Virus record (IMG/VR): IMGVR_UViG_3300020045_002218 | Span: 32,001-96,000 of that record | DNA length: 64,000 bases | Origin: a virus | Strand: one strand, 5' to 3' | Position numbers and translations under genes: made by a program | In this document: positions 60,001 through 64,000 of the stretch, piece after piece | Numbering within the stretch: position 1 is the first letter of the stretch | How the letters are laid out: each line of letters begins with the position of its first letter | Notes under the pieces: model-generated | Told to the model about the DNA's origin: nothing | What the model saw: the letters and a program-made list of their open reading frames with translations, nothing else | Database searches by the model: none

Positions 60001-60016
60001 TCCATTAGTACCATAG
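48098..60016 (+). CDS. virion-encapsidated RNA polymerase polyprotein (N4 gp50-like)
   Basis: 3972 aa, no Cys seen; motif A EDDGITNG, motif B RSFAKMPLMTLIFG, motif C VHDA; HEFSH zincin motif. Confidence 0.93.
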   Translation: MSSTFRGSTFDSSSFDNNTDLVHQKKTSLLDKVFQKRTDLGFSSANLKDRSVEALDADTVRINPSVADKAFDPMVKPVDVRLKSNNFGESFNAFETSHDNEDDPEVAARLQKQRDTIDNEWTHGWFNPATNQDVYDRGNASKQVLTDKLKTVNEGKTGLDFALGEKIQLDKFGRPLGDMKFSNEDVSAIDAMNTPELNASYNTPYNFAKVNKDGGGLIDTAKDFAGTLLTKTPTVLGNIAVGTHGLASAMVNAPTQALGNIVGGDTGDSIKKFGDIASTYELQNILQNRTHYAKPLVDALPISDEAKDTLNNLKYEPNRLDATTDKLYQSDALAKSRQDSEYRSNQTQRLRDELGYKPKGVYESAMALSSDVVDSLQAFVENPRATLTHDLPANIAQLAVPIGVTGRIVDNIAMKIASKTSGGVVDGVITQVGKDAATKYISSAPVQKQLLAIGGLTEGTQAASSIVNQAEEANVSPSQYLAPAIVGGVVTGLIGTGSNKLLGATAADALVGVNRVKGSAFTKALKAFTSEGIVEEFPQSVNEQLATNIALGKENVIEGVGQAGGSGAIVGGLLGGGMHTPILLQDVLQARKTPSVEPTSVSEEKPSTIEDLTPSKVDIKAYEDSVNNITDDNRQEVINQGIKDYPVDGTLPEKIQMAVAIGKARDGFNSPEHDAIYRQINAEIQLQNFAKGMPNFNDVISDPNTSIEDIQDNLITGAVDSTSENTGSLFNDIGRTKDEDTLNILKDISIAKQKEYAESDTVNDPYVLVTTGIETKNLPKESSEVFSSITRNEYTDLNQGLTLLSSHVKSATTPEQKNTGISALTKTISKVYSDKVDITSATERSVKQALNTINGLVNNKGTITIEPSDTLEQIHNKILPTFGSTPIKGSSSNPKANAFIKATNKVLQGAQTLSKFLTQKYVNDKTTGEVHQEIIDGKGEKLSVLDHATIISGKIADTNSDEESVNRAFNRFTNWVDFHTQKAELSTALGAIPESNKKAQQIIETALETLQGQDTFKEFKSNPIIWTKGLSSLAETMNAEVFFMQNTLDTLQELKDARFGSKNTATQVTSTAESISQTDENALDLTNVNQEDTIEEINMDDIPEKSVTSKESSFNEEQEKIYQDYEAEQDSQQQAQNEPTSNEISKSEEVITSEKKASVTVSTELTEVSLDNEQTQDLLEVPLPPEDTKNYSELINRTYFPFSTEEQLKSIRIFFFANALKNKIPEAKARFLYLQELATNNKDTINETFDLPIWRFDIIRPYSLTHKWKDGKLVSKTRAVITSLIDNTKQFFSDLFNIKNDNLFNRIPNLLEHIQQNKLVNNDSLDAIVKFHTDFVKTFEANINPELLKESLSDNAASSLFVYDPKKGKTYLEPNTLFAMSLGSIQFLQTALSTVYNDDDAIRSIVGLKEGDNLPAYVRDLLSDKGSVANIMKNQLGASLSKLLGVTYKPDTTLPQIEGFEASLGAYALRTLIDIKLLEETQIEKSTINAMKNQLEEGTLPGNQKTQDIVNKLYIGATTFVRVAAQKNIETGRPEVKSEIKELLEAIKPASKELDDLLNTTFSEALPSGSKTSLKALKKWLGKTWQGSNAEYTEAEYKAIKKYNDTAYTAETKAMNAALILDEEFIKQVALGEQYTDVVQKHFEKTRAGKELQAENEYKYLMDSFDVFKEHGSLYFLSKFWKQGRVGMEKGPQNSKMMRWLFAPKGVEYEVNLSNKESSKFFKLAVVAAFGTKIDQILDTALDKEFDALLVKYKDVLEDYSKTKGYTENVTQEMKDTLLDAIYAGKEGFHSYAGLLELAHYNENKDKGKFTSQLMREDDGITNGPAIGWLLFNGGDNKRVLDGFAIFTDSHEDTFTTHMAKEGSADNYNLMGQKAKENQVIVNNKLEELNTYLTENPTVRSSIFRIKYYDKKNGTDSFNAWFYKQGLGDMFATNSYEFGLLLNVIEESKTLIDTNEGKKKANYKENLQPTLNAIHSMVGELNRSFAKMPLMTLIFGSGINKIASNIGYIAIDSMYEKIQKVIRSKPKNQEEIDAQRILLKEIEDNIIELTGYDIPLPLNEDKEEDASLYSNSVAEDYDSTLAAYSIEALKNFKLPIYVEKKLAKQIANVYVPIIRASVNANFQTFIDNRKAINQIYDIGNTVLKTHIEHEVSLVLKDGLTKQKLLDIFEKAVKLMPSMKVPNFDGTEREIFYWNKDESSSTMPEFKVQVKRKKNKEILSFSYLDDNGEVHTSKPVILNSSTDTGHAVGILLEAIGVRTPIMTIHYTDSLPVKEIMNSNLISTMVHDARIGAANTSDEGSYLMNKKLLESINLLNPFKQATDYLQQVFDNLPKGDSKLSSKLKDALEKPLKEAFKNKQTVPHVQQGKRKVSPLVYNKENSGKQFKDYLGYLNEWVKYQTGVKNEIAKSIKAFGNYGGNATFKPQMVEAVKQDNFRELVAEEFKDVLKNISLGKGNKPLNDITDKLINLYTQVNVVETLQEFINRIDTLGLTIEQFKQHQTNIENKILGTSKQETKTKPNKSNKEEVTNSTTQTNGDKLVILPIGTSGSGKSTWIKSLKGEYVIISPDEMRVEFTGSMDDKSQDKEIYEAVKQRTIKAINQGKQVIIDSTNLQRDRRRDFTNAILQAIPDANVVYKLLPLNPELAKQRIKAQIDKGENRANVPDSSIDRHAELYKEMLNDIKDEPIKEFKEQTNEDIPFILTKDKVQKLKEFLTKYINQSSTYSIKEVLTLVNTKAPDFKDMDIVKYMYGQLLSTYYSDTKQKEDFEKGNNTPDQFYAHKNYWNTRKEYGLRLVKDNQSGKVKLQNINKQLNENNKPLGSTPDAKDLLTDIEDLKKDITTENIVSEFDAMPKGDDETHNTFLRNFVSQVIAPVVEATELLLFSKATYTYGQYSAELKKVAINLGQALQEQYSPFKMSAQEVFAHEFSHAVTWTAYQMPKNGTLKRKIDSLFYNVRREFNKAKLIDTSLANWDYVFNNADTIKVDNAPNSLGEVTTTSYDRGIQEFIAFGTTNKEFRNLIKRLQPKQLKVNQVYEGTGSDVIKEASWLETITNIFKKILDSFMRIAKGNDYLEPLTQFDTNVRLILAANIDKPFINITAITDKVEAEVAKKTNEGFKKGLRIIAKGRNSKVQAIRSAAKLADAVPAIGGFQTNQVVRQTLKLITNPTARQFALDLVKDIADVNENSKPITNTTIQQKTADADRNKATDSDENNWSKRVTLNHEQDIAYNSVLVRGDYESLNDAYGNDAIKLLKDKSFRDKEIKLIEDQIYNLKSKALNLANLMVHGKNMFNGMTEHNAVLIAKQGRSISQDKYQKEIDLVTKLSRLYAIGLQDENQVNQIISLLESNFDGMKQMLKVHKELKKQQLSEIDALTVIDGKTHTTLDPNKTIFLGTKEDEKHLVSDWKAKVIGRLERDPNDPLSTEGILYLVDVKMQNDWDAKAMATTDITPGSSNFQSGIVKTDRFKAEENREKAKLKEDGTNTKNHIFTRNNSNVSRVAIHNAQGKIIRYEYILDRETQEKYLNPRINVLRDLAAQKNGTAYRAKAYELNHKLVDALFDYWKKLGHDARKDMIWVGSDSKYSDLYNTIPTETKEYITKIFGTKNGFYMAEEELREVFGYRKQSITNWIQPVQADNLKKTIGNMIYEQAKRFGLNQANIKAIETMWIEGIAIAKDTIVVKSGVVSAANESSNFMTAKLAGVPIGFYYKNKISAMKAEQEYRRNSHAYLSHLSNAYGNPEYITKEIAQEMSILESALSTNEMSYLHDEGLASTVAEEGSYKDKHQTMLFNKTERARNIFDKLPKVVKDTLKIASISEGTKIYKLLDEIAQMGDITSRHVLVKWEEEKARQQGKEFDKNKAIDLSKFLFIQYHTVTNDLVQYGNDIGLLMFTKFAVKTLKVLTYMVGQHPARLLALGIFEELFATTEWIWHTSMNKLANPITSALATIDANPIVNLLVTPPAYMPQEVLGALSTLPLVP

Positions 60017-60052
60017 AACGCACGAGAATGTGATTTTAGAGAGATAACAATT

Positions 60053-60084
60053 AAGAGTCATATTCATTAATGAATATGACTCTT
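60053..60084. terminator. 32-bp perfect palindrome at the convergence point
   Basis: AAGAGTCATATTCATT-AATGAATATGACTCTT. Confidence 0.75.
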
Positions 60085-60382
60085 TAAGAGGCTTATATGA
60101 AGAAATGGACTAAAGAGTTTAAGAAGAAGAATAGTGAAAAAGATAACATACATAGACAGTTTTATATTGACTATGGGCATAACCCTATCATAAAAGATGA
60201 TGGTAAAGACCATACACCTAAATTACCTAAGAGAGTTTAAATATAATTCAAGTTTCTTTTGTAATGATAAAAATGTTTTAGATTCATTAAATCCTGCTAT
60301 AAAAGCATCCTTAATGTATTGTTCTGTAAATACTTTTGGCTTATCTAAAGGTAAGAATCTATCCTTTGAATCTCTTGATTGT

Positions 60383-60874
60383 TTACGCATTTTCTTCCTT
60401 CATAACAGTATTCACAACTATTTCTTTACCTAAAGCTGTATATTTCATTGTAAGCTCAATATATTCAATGCGTTGTTTCTGTACCTCAAACCAAGCTCCT
60501 TTAGCAAAGTAATGAGGATTGAGCTGATACATCCCTGTATCAATTCTAAATAAGATGTTTTTCTTGATCAATTGACTTATATTATTAGCAAAAGATTGTG
60601 GTTTAATATCAAGTTCTTTAACAATAACTTTCTTGTCTCCAGCAGATATTGAAATTGTACCTGTGTAATTTACACGTTTAACAAGTTCCCAGAGTAACTC
60701 ACTACAACTGTGTTGTAACTTAGCTAAGTCACTTAAATCATCAATATAGAGTTTCACAAAATTAGGCTCTCTTTCAACTTTACTAACACTATGGGAAATT
60801 GTCTTGTATATTTCACCTGTTTCAAAGTCTACATGAGTGTCTGTTTGTTGGTAAATATTGGTTTTCAAAAGCAT
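60383..60874 (-). CDS. RepL-like winged-helix replication/maintenance protein
   Basis: VD.ETGEI, EPNFVKLY, wHTH ending Y.LNP.YF.KG. Confidence 0.7.
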   Translation of the reverse strand: MLLKTNIYQQTDTHVDFETGEIYKTISHSVSKVEREPNFVKLYIDDLSDLAKLQHSCSELLWELVKRVNYTGTISISAGDKKVIVKELDIKPQSFANNISQLIKKNILFRIDTGMYQLNPHYFAKGAWFEVQKQRIEYIELTMKYTALGKEIVVNTVMKEENA

Positions 60875-60931
60875 ACTCCAATTAGATGTATAAACAGTAT
60901 ATAAATATATACTCTAATGAAAGTATAACAC

Positions 60932-60970
60932 ATAAGTTGGGAGCTTATCAAGTATAAGTTGGGAGCTTAT
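60932..60970. repeat. two 17-bp direct repeats, 22-bp period (iteron-like)
   Basis: ATAAGTTGGGAGCTTAT at 60932 and 60954. Confidence 0.85.
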
Positions 60971-61135
60971 AAGTTATAAGCCTAGGGCGTATTGAATAAT
61001 GAAGATACTTCATATAAATCAAAGACATAAATGAACACTCTCTTCTATTATATTTAGGTAGATTTTTAATTATGTGCTACGCACATTGCGTAAGCAGACT
61101 TCGTCCGCTTCCACGCTCCAATCTAATATACATGA

Positions 61136-61468
61136 TTAGTTACAATCTCTAAGAAAATCTATCTCAGCATCTGTAAGTTCACCTATAACTAACTCTGATT
61201 CTGATTCATTAGTAAATATATGTCCTTCAATTTCAATAGCAGTAATTTCTACTACATTAAGTAAAGCTCCTTTAATACTTTCAAACCCCATACCTGAATC
61301 TATTGAACCATCATCTAATGCTTTATTAGCTTTAAGTTCTATTTCTTCTACTGTATCTCCGTAGAAGTTAATTGAAGAATAAATTCCTCTACCTCCACCC
61401 CAATATAATCCATAAACTAAACCAGTAGCTCTAAAGTATTCTGTTGTCTTATGGTTTTGTAATTTCAT
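61136..61468 (-). CDS. hypothetical protein
   Basis: AGGA RBS; 110-aa ORF. Confidence 0.7.
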   Translation of the reverse strand: MKLQNHKTTEYFRATGLVYGLYWGGGRGIYSSINFYGDTVEEIELKANKALDDGSIDSGMGFESIKGALLNVVEITAIEIEGHIFTNESESELVIGELTDAEIDFLRDCN

Positions 61469-61618
61469 TTAGTTTATCCTGCTTATTTTGGTTAATATGC
61501 TCAATAAGCTCCTTTTCATTATAATTAGCTTTAGAAGGTTCTGTTTTATATGTCTTTTGATACAAAGGATTAGTATCCCAATCATCTGGTTTACTAACAC
61601 TAACTGTTTTTATATTAT

Positions 61619-61861
61619 TCATAAAAACATACTCTTTCTAATATCAGCTTCTTTTTTAAGAATTTCATGTAAGAAACATTTCATTGCATAGCGTTCTACA
61701 TTACAAAAAGGTAAATCTTGTGGTTTTGCTGTGTGTAAATTTATAAAGAATTGATCTACTTCTGTTATATATTCTCTTGTTTCAGTAACTTTTGTACCCT
61801 TAACTTTAGCTTGAGCTATAAGTAGTTCTTCTAATGTATCAAATTCAAGTATGTATTTCAT
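61619..61861 (-). CDS. hypothetical protein
   Basis: GAGGA RBS. Confidence 0.6.
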   Translation of the reverse strand: MKYILEFDTLEELLIAQAKVKGTKVTETREYITEVDQFFINLHTAKPQDLPFCNVERYAMKCFLHEILKKEADIRKSMFL

Positions 61862-62227
61862 GTTAAATTATCCTCATTCTTATCTTCTATACAAAAAGTA
61901 TCAAAAACAATTTCAGGAAATTTTTGAATAACATATTCTTGGAGTTTACTTTCTACTTCCTTATATTTTTCATAGGCATCGGTTTTACAGTAAACACCTT
62001 GTAAGGGTAATATAAGTTCAATTCTAGCCTGTTTCATAATAAATCCTTTCTAATTCCTGTCAAAGATTCGCACTTAAGTATCTTAACCTCAACAGGTGTT
62101 ATGTTATAGTGTGTGAACCATGAAGTATTCTTGAGTTTATTCAGAAACTCATTAGCTTCTTCAGAAGAAGAAAACATTGCACAAATACATTCTTTAAACC
62201 AACAAGATTCTTTTACACAGTAAATTT

Positions 62228-62548
62228 TCATTTTAATTTATTCTCTTGATGAATTTCAGCAAATACTATTTCGACTTCAGGAATTCTTTTTACTGTTGAA
62301 TCACCCTTAAGAAAGTAATCTTCAAAATACTTGGGATCTACACCAATTCTGATACATGCAGAAACACCATCCTTAATGTTTTGTTCACTTCTGTTAGGGT
62401 ATTTTTCCATAAGTTCTAATATATAAGCAAATTCAAACCTGTTATTTGCTTCTTCTTGGTTTAATATTTTGATACTCGAAGCATCATACATAGCGTTTAA
62501 AGCTCCTACAGTGCGATATTTGAGGGGTAAGTAAATGAGCCAATACAC
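62228..62548 (-). CDS. hypothetical protein
   Basis: ORF in gene train; start uncertain. Confidence 0.55.
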   Translation of the reverse strand: MYWLIYLPLKYRTVGALNAMYDASSIKILNQEEANNRFEFAYILELMEKYPNRSEQNIKDGVSACIRIGVDPKYFEDYFLKGDSTVKRIPEVEIVFAEIHQENKLK

Positions 62549-62743
62549 TTTAATGTGTAAAGGCTCTATATAGGCTTATTTAGAAGAATCTTCTTCTTCG
62601 TCTTTCATTCCAATCATTAGAGCAACTATCCATATTCCTCCTAAACCTATCATAAGTGGAATTATCATAGCTCCAATAGCAAATAAAATAAAACCTAACA
62701 CTATTATTGCTGTTGCTTTTAAGATGTCAGTAAAACTCATAGA

Positions 62744-63040
62744 TTAACCAAATACAGCAGTATCATCATTAATCTCAGATTCTATTTCTACAAGAACATC
62801 TTCATCAATACCATCTTGAATTGATCTTACTTCTGTAACAATATTAGGTACTTTTTCTTGTTTAGAACCATCTTTAATATTTTTAGGTTCTAAAGTAATT
62901 ACTGCATATAAACCTCTTTCACCTCTACCTGCAATTACTTCTGTTTTATGACTCATACCTAAGAAGTTTACTTGTTTTGAAGCATACTCGTAAATAGCGT
63001 CATAAATTTCTTTTTCATTTAGTGTTGCTGTTTGTTGCAT
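62744..63040 (-). CDS. N4-like conserved small protein (gp46-like)
   Basis: L.E.EI..AI..Y..AGRG..G..A pattern with acidic tail. Confidence 0.65.
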   Translation of the reverse strand: MQQTATLNEKEIYDAIYEYASKQVNFLGMSHKTEVIAGRGERGLYAVITLEPKNIKDGSKQEKVPNIVTEVRSIQDGIDEDVLVEIESEINDDTAVFG

Positions 63041-63043
63041 TGA

Positions 63044-63220
63044 TTACTCTCCTAAAAATGAACCTGTGTTACAAAAGTTTACTAATGACTCTAGCATTAA
63101 TTCTTCTGTATATTTAATTACTTCAAGACATTCTTCAAGTGTTTCTTGAATACTTTGTGTAATGAATTCTGCTTTCTCTTCTGCTGAACTATAAAAAGTA
63201 TCTTTTAATTCTATTATCAT
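63044..63220 (-). CDS. acidic hypothetical protein
   Basis: ATGA-coupled to the RusA-like gene. Confidence 0.55.
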   Translation of the reverse strand: MIIELKDTFYSSAEEKAEFITQSIQETLEECLEVIKYTEELMLESLVNFCNTGSFLGE

Positions 63221-63597
63221 GTTACCTCTGTTATTTGTACTAAACATCGTGGGTTATTCTTAGATATACCACCAAATGAATTACTGGATTCAATAATTAT
63301 TGTGTAGTTATCGTCTTCAATGATACCTGCCCCAACAAGACTATCTTGTAGAAATTTAGCTATTACACTAACAATATTATCTAAATCAAATTTACGTTTA
63401 TCTCGATAGTAAACTGTGTAATGAATCTTAATTTTACTCATTTGGGGTAAAGCAAATACTTGTTGTTGTATTTCTTTCTGAAATTGTATTTTAGCTTGGT
63501 TCAGAATATGATAATTCATGTTCCGATAATGATTTAAGTTTAACCTAACTACCTTTTTACCAACTAAAATGTGTAAAGGTACGTTTAGTTCATACAT
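63217..63597 (-). CDS. RusA-like Holliday junction resolvase
   Basis: LNLN.YRN, DLDN, KF..D.L...G.IEDDN, NPR. Confidence 0.8.
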   Translation of the reverse strand: MYELNVPLHILVGKKVVRLNLNHYRNMNYHILNQAKIQFQKEIQQQVFALPQMSKIKIHYTVYYRDKRKFDLDNIVSVIAKFLQDSLVGAGIIEDDNYTIIIESSNSFGGISKNNPRCLVQITEVT

Positions 63598-64000
63598 GAT
63601 TCTTCCAATCCCAAGTAATAATACTTGGTTTAATTTTCTTATCGAAAACAATAAGCATACTTGGAAAAGGAGGGCTGTTTTTATCAGGATTCTCAGGGTC
63701 AATAAACTTAACCCTACCTTTTAATAATAGAATTTTTCCTTTACAAGCAATGTTATGAAACCATTTAGTATCTGTTCTTGCTGGAACTAAACATACTACT
63801 CTTTCACAATAATCTTTTTGAGATTCTTCATAAGCCTTATTAAGCCATATAGGTAAAGCAGTTGCATAAGGCGGATTCATCCATACAGATCCTCTCCATT
63901 CTTGAATTAAAGCATTATCTGCTTCTGTATAGAAGTTAGTACATTTAGTATTTTCAGGATAAGCACAAGCATCTAAGTCAAATTGATAAGGTATTTTGTT
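63590..64000 (-). CDS. phage N6-adenine DNA methyltransferase (Dam-like), 5'-truncated by window edge
   Basis: Frame stays open to 64000: FDLDACA..W.NPPY..LVPARTDTKWFH..GRVKF. Confidence 0.88.
   Translation of the reverse strand, partial: NKIPYQFDLDACAYPENTKCTNFYTEADNALIQEWRGSVWMNPPYATALPIWLNKAYEESQKDYCERVVCLVPARTDTKWFHNIACKGKILLLKGRVKFIDPENPDKNSPPFPSMLIVFDKKIKPSIITWDWKNHV

Noticed and set aside
1-64000. Alternative genetic code or stop-codon reassignment
   Set aside because: Long conserved genes translate intact with code 11; the polymerase split is not a readthrough

Overview
AT-rich 64-kb segment of an N4-like podophage genome (Schitoviridae-type), apparently circularly permuted. Early and middle genes run leftward on the minus strand from about 23 kb: two-subunit RNAP II with a homing endonuclease between the subunits, class II ribonucleotide reductase, a vWA protein and a family A DNA polymerase. 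Late genes run rightward on the plus strand from 23.3 kb: M15 endolysin, gp69-like protein, tail genes, terminase, portal, major capsid and a 3972-aa virion RNA polymerase (vRNAP). These converge at about 60.05 kb with more minus-strand middle genes (RepL-like, RusA-like, Dam-like). Unusual points: (1) two ORF-free islands (about 548-1165 and 10226-10604) are packed with predicted structured RNAs and punctuated by a covarying H-type pseudoknot (4 clear copies genome-wide, one in a separate gene junction); (2) the vRNAP polyprotein carries an SNase-like N-terminus, an inserted PNK-like P-loop kinase, a zincin motif, and Phe at the T7 Y639-equivalent position; (3) the DNA polymerase is split into two separately translated genes with seven small ORFs between them; (4) a non-hairpin 20-bp motif precedes early genes, while GNA-triloop hairpins sit in the middle region; (5) a plasmid-like RepL/iteron module is present. 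All calls come from motif recognition by eye; no searches or folding programs were run.
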